Shown here: piece by piece, positions 1-9,400 of the stretch
Position numbering within the stretch: position 1 is the first letter of the stretch
Layout of the letters: every line of letters starts with the position of its first letter
Assembly (NCBI GenBank): GCA_019747735.1
Contig: JAIEQL010000014.1
Coordinates: 5,101-69,100 of the forward strand
Direction of reading: 5' to 3'
From: Chthoniobacterales bacterium
GTDB lineage: Bacteria; Verrucomicrobiota; Verrucomicrobiia; Chthoniobacterales; UBA6821
Length of the DNA: 64,000 nucleotides
Position numbers and translations under genes: made by a program
The notes under the pieces: model-generated
Database searches by the model: none
What the model saw: only the letters and a program-made list of their open reading frames with translations
What the model was told of the DNA's origin: nothing

Positions 1-62
1 CGAGGCCTGAATAATTTGGACTGGCGAGACGAGAGAGATCGGATGATTGGCCATAGTTCTTA

Positions 63-156
63 TATAGTGTATTAAATTGAAAAGGGCATGATAGAAGTGC
101 CGCTACTTTATGGCGGCATCTCCGCGGATGCGGGGATCCAGCTATTGTCGCTAAGA
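63..156. repeat. Composite intergenic repeat: family-C terminal repeat fused to family-D GC-hairpin module
   Basis: 63-90 tatagtgtattaaattgaaaagggcatg matches the termini of the element at 55163..55326. 97-156 (gtgccgctactttatggcggcatctccgcggatgcggggatccagctattgtcgc) is a diverged copy of 17244..17302. Confidence 0.6.
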
Positions 157-180
157 ATGTTTGTTTTTTATCCTTTTTCT

Positions 181-262
181 TCATCCCTTCTATGGCTTCC
201 ATCCCTGTTAATAGTTCTTCTATTTTTTTTTTTGAAATGAAACGACATTGGCAGTTGCAAAA
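181..262. repeat. Half copy of a family-F element end plus a tttttgaaat-type module
   Basis: tcatcccttctatggcttccatccctgttaat resembles the right ends at 25300..25331 and 47885..47915. The following tttttgaaatgaaacgacattggcagttgc resembles 25332..25365 and 33897..33930. Confidence 0.5.
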
Positions 263-266
263 CTAC

Positions 267-1421
267 TCACTTCAGCGCCTCTTCCAAATCTTTTTTGAGA
301 TCTTCGACCTCTTCTATTCCCACTGACAAGCGAACGAAGCCATCGCGAATGCCGAGTTGTTCTCGTTGCTCTTTAGGAACTGCCAAATGAGTCATGAGCG
401 CAGGATGCTCAATGAGGCTCTCTACGCCACCGAGGCTTTCAGCGAGAGTAAAGAGTTCTGTTTTTTGTAAGAAAGATTTGGTTTCTTCCAAGGTGTATTT
501 TAAATCAATGGAGATCATCCCTCCAAATCCACTCATCTGCTGGCAAGCAAGTGAGTGCTGAGGATGGCTCTTGAGCCCAGGGTAAATAACGCGAGCGACC
601 TTCGGATGCTTTTCTAACCAAGAGGCAAGTTCCATGGCATTGTGTTGATGCCGTTCCATTCTGATGGCCAATGTCTTCACGCCGCGCAATGCTAAGAAGC
701 TATCAAAAGCCCCCGCAATAGCACCGGTGCTATTTTGTAAAAAATGAAGTTGTTCTCCCAATTCTGGACGATCGCCAATAACGGCAACTCCGTTAACAAT
801 GTCAGAATGACCGTTGATATATTTTGTGGCTGAGTGCACAACGATGTCGAAGCCCCATTCTAAGGGACGCTGCACCATGGGCGTTGCAAAAGTATTATCA
901 GCCACTGCGAGAAGACGATGTTTTTTTGCAAAAGCTGCCACGGCTTTGAGATCAACCAACTTGAGCATCGGATTGCTCGGCGTTTCGACCCAAATCATTT
1001 TCGTGTTGGGACGGAGTGCTGCGGTTATCTTTTCAGGTTGTGTGAAATCGATGAAGCTCACTTCTAGTCCAGCAGAGCGTTTGCGGACACGTTCTAAAAT
1101 ACGATAGGTGCCACCATAGAGATCATCCATCGCGAGAATGTGATCACCCGGTTGAAGAAGCTCTAAGATTGTAGCTGTGGCGGCCATTCCAGAGGCAAAG
1201 GCAAATCCACGAGTGCCACTTTCTAAATCAGCAATGCATTTTTCGTAAGCATGACGTGTCGGATTACCTGTTCGTGAATATTCATAGCCGGAATGTTTGC
1301 CAGGACTTTCTTGTGCATAAGTCGAGCTAAGAAAAATAGGAGTCATGACAGCCCCTGTGATCGGCTCTGGGTGTTGCCCTGCGTGGATCACGCGTGTGTT
1401 GAGATGATGAGAAAAGTTCAT
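267..1421 (-). CDS. PLP-dependent Cys/Met-metabolism enzyme (cystathionine gamma-synthase / gamma-lyase family)
   Basis: ORF 267..1496. Family N-terminus NTRVIHAG and PLP-lysine motif SATKYINGHSD. The track start at 1496 is a TTG that abuts a repeat element. The first ATG (MNFSHH, 1421) gives the usual ~385 aa. Confidence 0.88.
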   Translation of the reverse strand: MNFSHHLNTRVIHAGQHPEPITGAVMTPIFLSSTYAQESPGKHSGYEYSRTGNPTRHAYEKCIADLESGTRGFAFASGMAATATILELLQPGDHILAMDDLYGGTYRILERVRKRSAGLEVSFIDFTQPEKITAALRPNTKMIWVETPSNPMLKLVDLKAVAAFAKKHRLLAVADNTFATPMVQRPLEWGFDIVVHSATKYINGHSDIVNGVAVIGDRPELGEQLHFLQNSTGAIAGAFDSFLALRGVKTLAIRMERHQHNAMELASWLEKHPKVARVIYPGLKSHPQHSLACQQMSGFGGMISIDLKYTLEETKSFLQKTELFTLAESLGGVESLIEHPALMTHLAVPKEQREQLGIRDGFVRLSVGIEEVEDLKKDLEEALK

Positions 1422-1498
1422 TGTTTTGTAATATAGAATGCTGTTTGAGAAATCGGGATCGTATCGGAGAGATTCATTAAGGGTATTTTCCTTCAACT

Positions 1499-1663
1499 TT
1501 AACCCGAGTTCCGCAGTTATGAATGGCGATCTTTCGCAATACCTTGGCCATTCATCTTTTCAAATCACTTATGTATGAAACATACACCTCATGCTTTTAA
1601 AAAACACCTTCAGACCAAGTTGTTACAAAATATCATCCACCCCAACTGCGGAACTCGGGTTAA
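1499..1663. mobile_element. MITE-like element, family E (20-bp perfect terminal inverted repeats)
   Basis: ttaacccgagttccgcagtt at 1499-1518 and its exact reverse complement aactgcggaactcgggttaa at 1644-1663. 165 bp, non-coding, between the PLP-enzyme gene and tRNA-Arg. Confidence 0.7.
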
Positions 1664-1704
1664 CTTTTCACTTCAACTGCGTTGTTGATTGATCCAACAA
1701 CGCC

Positions 1705-1776
1705 TGTCCCCGGCGGGAATCGAACCCACATCAAAGGTTTAGGAAACCTCTATTCTATCCGTTGAACTACGGGGAC
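1705..1776 (-). tRNA. tRNA-Arg (anticodon CCT)
   Basis: Reverse complement reads GTCCCCG..GAGGT-TTCCTAA-ACCTT..GTGGGTTCGATTCCCGC-CGGGGAC-A. It has a 7-bp acceptor stem, TTCGATT T-loop and CCT in the anticodon loop. CCA is not encoded. Confidence 0.9.
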
Positions 1777-1928
1777 GATCATCTCAATTTTTTCTGAAAA
1801 AATTGAGATGAGTTAAAGTTGAAAGATGAAGTTGAAGTAAATACTTTCCGTTTGTCAGCTCTATTCTTCAATACCACTTTTTATAACTTCAACTTCAACT
1901 AGATCTGTCCAAAATATTTTTGGAAGTT

Positions 1929-2852
1929 CTACTTGCTCCACTCCAACATACGCCTTAATGGTACTTCTGCACGTTGACGAAGCTCTTCAGGGAGCATGAC
2001 TTCTGGTTTTAAATCACGGAGGCAACGGTAGAGTTTTTCAAGTGTATTCATTTTCATAAAACGACATTCAGCGCAGGCACAGTGCTCCGTTGGTCCTGGG
2101 ATGAAGGTTTTATCGGGGATTTCACGGCGTAATCGATGGAGCATTCCTTCTTCGGTGACAATGATAAAAGTTTTGGCAGGTGATTCTTTGCAGTAAGAGA
2201 TCATCTTTTCGGTGGAACAAACTTCATCTGCTAAGAGCCTCACAGCATAAGAACATTCGGGGTGAGCGACGAGATTGGCTTCAAGATGTTGCTTGCGGAT
2301 GCGCTGAATGCTATCACGTGTGAACTCGAGATGAACGTGGCAGTTTCCTTTCCAGAGAGTCATCGAACGGCCTGTTTGTTCAGTGACCCAGGCTCCCAAA
2401 TTTTGATCAGGCACAAAGAGAATATTGCGATTTTCTGGGACTCTTTGAATGATTTTAACAGCATTGCCACTGGTACAAATCACATCCGAGAGAGCTTTCA
2501 CAGCAGCGCTGCAGTTGATGTAACTGACAACATAATAATTTTTTTCAGCATGCTTTTTTAGGAAGGCTTCTAGTTCTTCCGCGCGGCAGGATTCGGCGAG
2601 AGAGCAGCCGGCTTCCAGGTCAGGAAGAACGACCTTCTTGTGTGGATTGAAAATCTTGGCTGTCTCAGCCATGAAGTGAACGCCACAAAAAGCAATAACC
2701 TCAGCTTCTGTCTGAGCCGCTTGGATACTAAGTCCTAGCGAGTCACCGACGTAATCAGCCGCTTCTTGAATATCAGCATTCTGGTAATTGTGTGCAATGA
2801 TGACAGCATGGCGCTCTTTTTTGAGACGTTGAATTTCGGAGAAAAGATTCAC
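1929..2852 (-). CDS. nadA: Quinolinate synthase NadA
   Basis: 307 aa. N-terminus RLKKERHAVIIAHNYQNADIQEAADYVGDSLGLS and the conserved Cys-containing blocks typical of NadA. Confidence 0.93.
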   Translation of the reverse strand: MNLFSEIQRLKKERHAVIIAHNYQNADIQEAADYVGDSLGLSIQAAQTEAEVIAFCGVHFMAETAKIFNPHKKVVLPDLEAGCSLAESCRAEELEAFLKKHAEKNYYVVSYINCSAAVKALSDVICTSGNAVKIIQRVPENRNILFVPDQNLGAWVTEQTGRSMTLWKGNCHVHLEFTRDSIQRIRKQHLEANLVAHPECSYAVRLLADEVCSTEKMISYCKESPAKTFIIVTEEGMLHRLRREIPDKTFIPGPTEHCACAECRFMKMNTLEKLYRCLRDLKPEVMLPEELRQRAEVPLRRMLEWSK

Positions 2853-2965
2853 AAGGATGGAAGTGATAAACAGTACACCGTTATATTTTTTATTGAAGAG
2901 ATAGTAAAGTTATCTCAATTGATGGCGCACACTCATTGATTTCGAGATAGAGAGAGAAAACCCTC

Positions 2966-3108
2966 AGAGGGTGTCTTGAAAAGACTAAAATTGCGCATTA
3001 CGGCGTCGCTCCAGTGCTCGCGTCCTCGAGTATGTCCCTATACACTGCGGGTCTGTGCGCTTCGCTCCTGGTACTGCATCAATTTTATTCATTTTCAAGA
3101 AACCCTCT
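2966..3108. mobile_element. MITE-like element, family A, copy A1
   Basis: 143 bp bounded by agagggtgtcttgaaaag ... cattttcaagaaaccctct (inverted termini). It differs from copies at 12764..12906 and 17531..17672 (inverted) by only 2-3 nt. Confidence 0.8.
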
Positions 3109-3278
3109 CAGTCTCTTTTTCTAAAAAGATTTTTAAATCGTTTTATAGAATATGAGCTGCCACATTTTCATAAAGGATAAAAGGGGGGATAGCACAATAG
3201 CTGCTGAGACCAAAATGATACACGAAGCAAACTAATAACTTTCACTCTAGCGAGGTGATGAAGTAGGCTACCTTCTTT

Positions 3279-4373
3279 ATGGGAAAATATTTTATTATAG
3301 CCTGTGGTGGTACTGGAGGACACCTTTTTCCAGGGCTTGCCGTTGCTGAAGTGTTGCACGAACGAGGCAATGAGGTTTTATTGCTTGTTTCAGAAAAGGA
3401 GATTGATGCGCTTGCTTTGCGCAATCACCCTGAATTTCGGATTGAAAAACTTCCCTCTATTGGAATGCCATCGCTTCTTTCGCCTGCTTTTATAAGATTT
3501 CTAAGGCGAGGTTGGGAAAGTTTTACTCATTGTCGGCAACTCTATCGACGTTATCGTCCTGCAGCTGTTTTAGGGATGGGGGGATTTACCTCAGCAGCAC
3601 CCATTGTTGCAGCTCACTTTTTAAAAATCCCTTCTTATATTCATGAGTCAAATGCCATTGCTGGTAGGGCCAATAAACTCACTGCTCGTTGGGCAAGTAA
3701 GGTTTTGCTTGGGTTGGAAGAGTGTAAGATTTTTTTTCCTGCTAGTCTTTGCCAGGTGACCGGAACGCCTGTGCGGCATGATCTTGGAAAGCGCCTGCCT
3801 CGAGACACAGCTCTGACAGCTTTTAAATTTTCTCCTGAGTACCAAACAATTTTGATAATGGGAGGAAGTCAAGGTGCTAGCAAAATCAATCAATTATTGT
3901 TTCGATCAGCTCCTTTGTTGAAGGAGCTTTCTCTGCAGATAATTCATTTGACAGGAGAGAGAGATGATGATCTTGCTGCTGTCAATTATCAACGTGAAGG
4001 AATTCCTGCTCATGTGGCCTCTTTCCATCACAAAATGAATGAAGCTTATTCCGCTGCTGACCTTGTTATTTCAAGGGCTGGTGCAGCTAGTTTAAGTGAG
4101 ATTTCTCTTTTTGGACTCCCTTCCATCTTGATTCCTTTTCCTTTTGCAGCGGAGCGTCATCAACATTTTAACGCTGCCGTCTTTGAAAAAGCAGGTGCTG
4201 CTGCACTCTTAGAAGAATCGGAAATGACTCCGGAAGTTTTTGTGCGTCTCCTTGCCAATCTTTTAAAAGATCACCCTCGTCGTGAACGCATGGCTCATGC
4301 TGCTTCGATGATTTTACCTCGCCATGCAGCGGAGGCGGTTGCTGATGTGATGGAAGACTCTAGACTCTCATGA
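3279..4373 (+). CDS. murG: UDP-N-acetylglucosamine--N-acetylmuramyl-(pentapeptide) pyrophosphoryl-undecaprenol GlcNAc transferase MurG
   Basis: 364 aa. N-terminal GGTGGHLFPGLAVAEVL and C-terminal SRAGAASLSE..PFPFAAERHQ..NA motifs of MurG (GT28). Confidence 0.93.
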   Translation: MGKYFIIACGGTGGHLFPGLAVAEVLHERGNEVLLLVSEKEIDALALRNHPEFRIEKLPSIGMPSLLSPAFIRFLRRGWESFTHCRQLYRRYRPAAVLGMGGFTSAAPIVAAHFLKIPSYIHESNAIAGRANKLTARWASKVLLGLEECKIFFPASLCQVTGTPVRHDLGKRLPRDTALTAFKFSPEYQTILIMGGSQGASKINQLLFRSAPLLKELSLQIIHLTGERDDDLAAVNYQREGIPAHVASFHHKMNEAYSAADLVISRAGAASLSEISLFGLPSILIPFPFAAERHQHFNAAVFEKAGAAALLEESEMTPEVFVRLLANLLKDHPRRERMAHAASMILPRHAAEAVADVMEDSRLS

Positions 4374-6258
4374 TCCATGTAAAATCAATGATCTGAGATG
4401 CAGGAATAAAGAAATAATTGGGAGCATAGCTCATATTGCGGGAGAGCCAGCCAAAAAGAGCGCGCTGCCAACGCCTCATTTCTTTTCCCCTGTATTCGAC
4501 AATTGTTTCTCTTGGAAGTAGAAAAAATGTTTCTTCTTCTTTCATCTCGTAACCAAGTTGAGGCGCTGTGAGCTTGAGAATATGAGGCATATTGATTTCT
4601 TGCATATAACCATAATAAAAAATGATGTGCCACAAATGAGGTTCTATGGGAGTGACCTTGAGGCCTTCTTTCAAAGGGACGTAGCTTTGAGCAGTGCCTA
4701 CAGGTGTTAGGAGAATGACCTGCTTGCGCAGTGGTCCGCGAAGCCTTATCAGTTCAAGAGCATGAGCTGCTGCATAGTTAGGATGTGAGTTGAAATCAAT
4801 AATGACATCGGTACCAGGTAGTCCTTGCTGGCAAGTACTCATTATGGAAGCGAGTTTTTCAAGAGAGCAAGAGTCTATTTTTTTTCGAATAAGACATCTG
4901 CCTCGATGCCACGTGGTCATAATGCCTACTAGAACAGCTGCTATTAGCAAAGGAAAGCAACCACCATGGGCAAATTTAGTTAGTGATGAGAAAAGAAAGG
5001 GAAGCTCTAACATTAAGAGAGCGGCCATAGTACAAGCACCTATCCAGCGAGGGTAATTCCAAACACGCACGATGGTCACACTAAAGGCAATGGAAGTGAT
5101 GATCATTGTTCCAATCACAGCCAGTCCGTAGGCTGCAGCAAGATTGGTGCTAGAGCGAAAAGAAAAAACCAATAAAAGACAGATAATCGCTAAGAGCCAG
5201 TTAATAGTAGGAAGATAGACTTGACCTCTCTGCAGTCTATTGGTGTGGATGACCAAAAATCGAGGGAGACATCCTAAATCCCGGGCTTGTGCTGTGAGCG
5301 AAAAAACCCCTGAGATCAATGCTTGAGAAGCAATGACAGTAGCCACGGTTGCGAGCCCTACAAAAAGGAGGCTCAGAGGGCCATGAGGGATCAGTTCAAA
5401 AAAAACATTTTGTTTCCACGCAGAGGGATTGTTTTTAGCAATGGCAGCTTGCCCAAGGTAGTTGAGGATAAGGCAGGGTAGGACAATAAAGTTCCAAGCG
5501 CGCGCAATGGTTTTTCGTCCGAAATGCCCCATATCTGCGTAGAGTGCTTCCACGCCTGTGATGGCAAGGACAATAGAGCTGAGTAAAAAGATCGTTGTGA
5601 ATTTTGCTTCCTGAATAATTTTCCAAGCATAACAAGGGTTGAGTGCTGCTAAGACAGAAGGGGTGTGAACAATTTGGAAGGCACCCAAAATCCCAAGTGT
5701 GAGAAACCAGACCAGCATGATGCCTCCAAAAAAAATTCCTAAACGTCCTGTTCCCAAATGCTGTACTGAAAAAAGAACCACAAGAATCAAGGCCGTCAAT
5801 GGGAGAATAAAAAGAGTTAACGAAGGGTAAGAATTTTGTAACCCTTCTACAGAACTGAGCACGGAGATAGCAGGGGTAATGGCACCATCCCCATAAAGTA
5901 GGGCGGCTCCAAAAAGAATGAGGAGCGTTAAGAGAGGGAGGCGAAGATTGCTTGCCAGTGACTTTTTTCCTCCAATCAATGCCAGTAACGCAAAGAGGCC
6001 CCCCTCTCCGTGATAGTCAGCTCTCATGACTAAAAACACATACTTGCCAGTGACAATGGCCAGTAGACTCCAGATGATGAGTGAGGCTACACCTAAAGGA
6101 AAATCAGCAGTTTTGACAATGGGGGATTGTAAAGCTGTGTGAAAAGTATAGAGCGGACTCGTTCCAATATCTCCAAAGACGACCCCTAAGGCAGAGAGCG
6201 TAAGCCACCACGAGCGTTGGGAAGAAGGGTGGGGTGCTTTATTAGAATTGGTTTTCAT
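4360..6258 (-). CDS. kup: KUP/HAK/KT family potassium uptake transporter
   Basis: Hallmark GVVFGDIGTSPLYTF and many TM segments. The track start (6342) is a TTG inside a repeat (gaattcaccacaaagaac). ATG at 6258 (MKTNSNK) gives ~632 aa. The 3' end overlaps the murG 3' end by 14 bp (convergent). Confidence 0.9.
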   Translation of the reverse strand: MKTNSNKAPHPSSQRSWWLTLSALGVVFGDIGTSPLYTFHTALQSPIVKTADFPLGVASLIIWSLLAIVTGKYVFLVMRADYHGEGGLFALLALIGGKKSLASNLRLPLLTLLILFGAALLYGDGAITPAISVLSSVEGLQNSYPSLTLFILPLTALILVVLFSVQHLGTGRLGIFFGGIMLVWFLTLGILGAFQIVHTPSVLAALNPCYAWKIIQEAKFTTIFLLSSIVLAITGVEALYADMGHFGRKTIARAWNFIVLPCLILNYLGQAAIAKNNPSAWKQNVFFELIPHGPLSLLFVGLATVATVIASQALISGVFSLTAQARDLGCLPRFLVIHTNRLQRGQVYLPTINWLLAIICLLLVFSFRSSTNLAAAYGLAVIGTMIITSIAFSVTIVRVWNYPRWIGACTMAALLMLELPFLFSSLTKFAHGGCFPLLIAAVLVGIMTTWHRGRCLIRKKIDSCSLEKLASIMSTCQQGLPGTDVIIDFNSHPNYAAAHALELIRLRGPLRKQVILLTPVGTAQSYVPLKEGLKVTPIEPHLWHIIFYYGYMQEINMPHILKLTAPQLGYEMKEEETFFLLPRETIVEYRGKEMRRWQRALFGWLSRNMSYAPNYFFIPASQIIDFTWIMRV

Positions 6259-6369
6259 AAAAAAACAGTATTGACGCCAACATAATTTGATTTTCAAAAA
6301 GAATTCACCACAAAGAACAGAAGTATTAAGCAAAGAGCGCAAAAAAGATTTTTTTACAAAAAATCCTAA

Positions 6370-6390
6370 TTTTCAATTTAATCCACTATA
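6370..6390. repeat. Solo terminal fragment of family-C element
   Basis: ttttcaatttaatccactata matches the right terminus ttttcaatttaatacactata of 55163..55326 (1 mismatch). Confidence 0.5.
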
Positions 6391-6451
6391 AATAGGCTTG
6401 AAGATTCTAGATAAAGGGGAAATATTTAATTCCTTTTTTTTCGTAAAAACC

Positions 6452-9400
6452 ATGAAAAATCATTTACTATTACTACTCCTAAGCGCCTGTGCGCTGGCAC
6501 CCTTGCCCGTAAGCGCGATGATAGAAGCGGATAAAAAAGAGGAGCATAAAGAGTCGAGTGATTCAAAAAAAACCCTCGAAAAAAATACCTACGAAACATT
6601 GTTAGAGGCTCAGAAAGCAGCAGCTGAAAGAGTTAACAATCCTGCGGCTAACAACAATACAGAGATTAAGTTCGAAGCGTTTGTTGAGAAGGAAGAGATC
6701 ATCGATGATAACACTCTGAAACCGACTCCCACTGCTGATCCTCAGTCCAACTCGTCACTAGTTGACGCTGATGAAGAAAGTGAAAAGGAAGATCTTTTCG
6801 ATCTCACCACCCTGGAACAAAGAACCCAAGAGGCTCGAGAGATCGTTGCTGATTTAGGAGGAAAAGGACCAGCCATTTCAGAACAAGCACTCCGTGACCT
6901 TTATCACACTTGGTCACAACGCTACCAGCGTTACCAAAAAGCACTTCAAGATCTGCAACAGCAAAGTGAAATTGGTATTGCAGGTGAGCAAATTGAAGAT
7001 CGGCTTGGAGAGTTAGTGAAGGTTTCTCAAAAGGCTCAAGAGGCTCTTGAAACAAGCCTGCGAAGTATTACTCAGGAGCTGACACGTGCTGCTGGCACTA
7101 AAAAATGGGACCCTCTTATTGATGAGAAAAAAACAACTCAAAAAGAAAGAACTCAGGAACAAGAGAAAGAGCTTTTAGAACAAGAAAAAACAACAGCTCT
7201 TAAGCAATTTGAGAAACTTCTGAATGATGTTAATTCTTTGCTTTATGATGATAGGCCTCAGGTTTCCTTAACTTCTTACAAAGAAAAGCACCAACCCTTT
7301 TTTAAAGAGCTAAGAACAGTAGCAGAAAAACAAAAAAGAGCGTATCAGGATCAAGAGCAAAGAGAGGAAACCTCTTCCCTTCTTCATGCTTGGGAAAAAG
7401 TGCTCGAGATGATTCCTGAACTAGAAAAAAATCACAGGGAATGGAAAGAAACTTTTTCTGCTAAAGAAAAAGCCATTGTGGATGCCAATCTCATGATTGC
7501 TTGGAGCTCCTTTCAAGAAGGAATGGCTTACGCCAGAGGAGACAAAGAGAGTGCAGCGCTTTGGGAGAAGAGTGGAGATTTATTGGGGCAAGTGAAAACT
7601 GCTTGGAATCAAAATGAAAAAACAAAAGCAGAGCGATTAAAGAAACAAGCTTGTACCTTGGGCGGTTGGGGAAATTGGCCCGGAGCTGCTTATGCTCACG
7701 GAAAAGCTCGTGAGGCCAGAGCTCGGGGAGATGAGCTTGGAAACCAAGAAGCTGCTCTTTGGGAGAAATCAGCAGAGATTTGGCAAGAACAAGCAGCTGC
7801 CGTAAAAGAAAAAGGAGGTGAAAAACAACCAGACAAATTAATGAAACAAGCTTTTGCCTTGGGCGGTCGGGAAAAATGGCCCGGAGCTGCTTATGCTTAC
7901 GGAAAAGCTCGTGAGGCCAGAGCCTGGGGAGATGAGCTTGGAAACCAAGAAGCTGCTCTTTGGGAGAAATCAGCAGCGATTTATAAAAAACAAGCAGATC
8001 CTTTAGAAAGAGGAGGTGAAAAACAAGCAGCTGCCGTAAAAGAAAAAGATGAAAAACAAGCAGACAAATTAATAAAACAAGCTCTTGCCTTGGGCGGTTG
8101 GGAAGGACTGCCTGGAGCTGCTTATGCTTACGGAAAAGCTCGTGAGGCCAGAGCCCGGAAAGATGAGCTTGGAGACAAAGAAGCTGCTCTTTGGGAGAAG
8201 TCAGCAGAGATTTGGCAAGAACAAGCAGCTGCGTTAGAAAAAGGAGATGAAAAACAAGCAGCTGCCGTAAAAGGAAAAGATGAAAAACAAGCAGAGCTAT
8301 TAAAGAAACAAGCTCTTGCCTTGGGCGGTTCGGAAAATTGTCCCGGAGCTGCTTATGCTTACGGAAAAGCTCGTGAGGCCAGAGCCTGGAAAGATGAGCT
8401 TGGAGACAAAGAAGCCGTTCTTTGGGAGGAAGCAGCAGATCAATTGGCAGCTGGAGATGAAGAGCAAACAGAGCCATTAAAGAAACAAGTTAGTGCTTTA
8501 AATTTAAATAGCAGTTCGGATGGCAGCCCGTTTTATTTTTATAGAAAAGCTCGTGAGGCGAGAGCCTGGGGAGATGAGCTTGGAAAGCAAGAAGCTGCTC
8601 TTTGGGAGCAAGTAGTAGATAAATTGGCAGCTGCTTTACGAGAAGGAGATTCGACCAAAGCAAAGCTATTAAAGGAACAAGCTCTTGCCTTGGGCGGTTT
8701 TGAATGGATGCCCGGAGCTGCTTATGCTTACAGAAAAGCTCGTGAGGCCAAAGCCCAAGGAGATGAGCTTGGGGACAAAGAAGCTGCTCTTTGGGAAAAA
8801 TCAGCTGAGATTTGGAAAAAACAAGCAGCTGCGTTAGAAAAAGGAGATGAAAAACAAGCAGCTGCCGTAAAAGAAAAAGATGAAAAGCAAGCAGAGCTAT
8901 TAAAGAAACAAGCTCTTGCCTTGGGCGGTCACGCAGGCTGTCCCGGAGCTGCTTATGCTTACGGAAAAGCTCGTGAGGCCAGAGCCCGGAAAGATGAGCT
9001 TAGAAAGAAAAAAACTGCTCTTTGGGAGGAGTCAGCTGAGATTTATAAAGAACAAGCAGCTGCTTTAGCAAGAGGAGATGAGCAAAAAGCTATGCGGCTA
9101 TTTCTTCGAGCTGCTTATTTAGAAAATTCTGACTCTTTTATAAAGCACCTTGGAGAAAAAATAGAACAGCAGTTTACAGTGATTGATGAATGTCGCAAAA
9201 AATCTCAAGAAGCAATTGCTGCAGGAAATCAAGAAGAAGGAGGGTGCTGGAATAAGGCTGCTGATGCACTTAATGAAAGTGCAATGAGCTGGACTTATGA
9301 GTCGATTGACTATCATCGGAAGGCCAAGTCAGCAAACGAAAATCCTGCTCTAGTAGCGTTATACGAAAAAGCCATTTTCCAAACCGAAACTGTTGCAGGT

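Noticed and set aside
814-1107. Antisense or overlapping minor ORFs inside well-supported genes, for example 814..1107, 2262..2561, 4790..5056, 13566..13835, 24806..25231, 48229..48612 and 51612..51908.
   Set aside because: Each is nested in a gene with strong family motifs on the other strand or frame, and none shows motifs of its own.
6398-6451. Upstream TTG/GTG-initiated N-terminal extensions in the ORF track: 6398, 6342, 1496, 28468, 35711, 46373, 32808 and 56187.
   Set aside because: In each case the extension runs into repeat or leader sequence. An internal ATG gives the canonical family N-terminus or a clean signal peptide, so I moved the starts. The shifts are stated in each feature's evidence.
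7491-8477. Long antisense ORFs inside the repeat arrays: 7491..8477 (328 aa), 37279..37791 (170 aa) and 38845..40383 (512 aa).
   Set aside because: They are themselves periodic, low-complexity mirror images of the sense-strand repeats (LFRKHKQLRA...). They lack any recognisable motif and exist only because the repeated unit has no stop in that antisense frame. The sense frames carry the signal peptide and protease domains.
7540-9120. Calling the 66-77-aa units Sel1-like or TPR repeats outright.
   Set aside because: Only the 33+33 periodicity and helical character suggest this. The canonical Sel1/TPR consensus positions are not clearly matched by eye, so the assignment stays a hypothesis.
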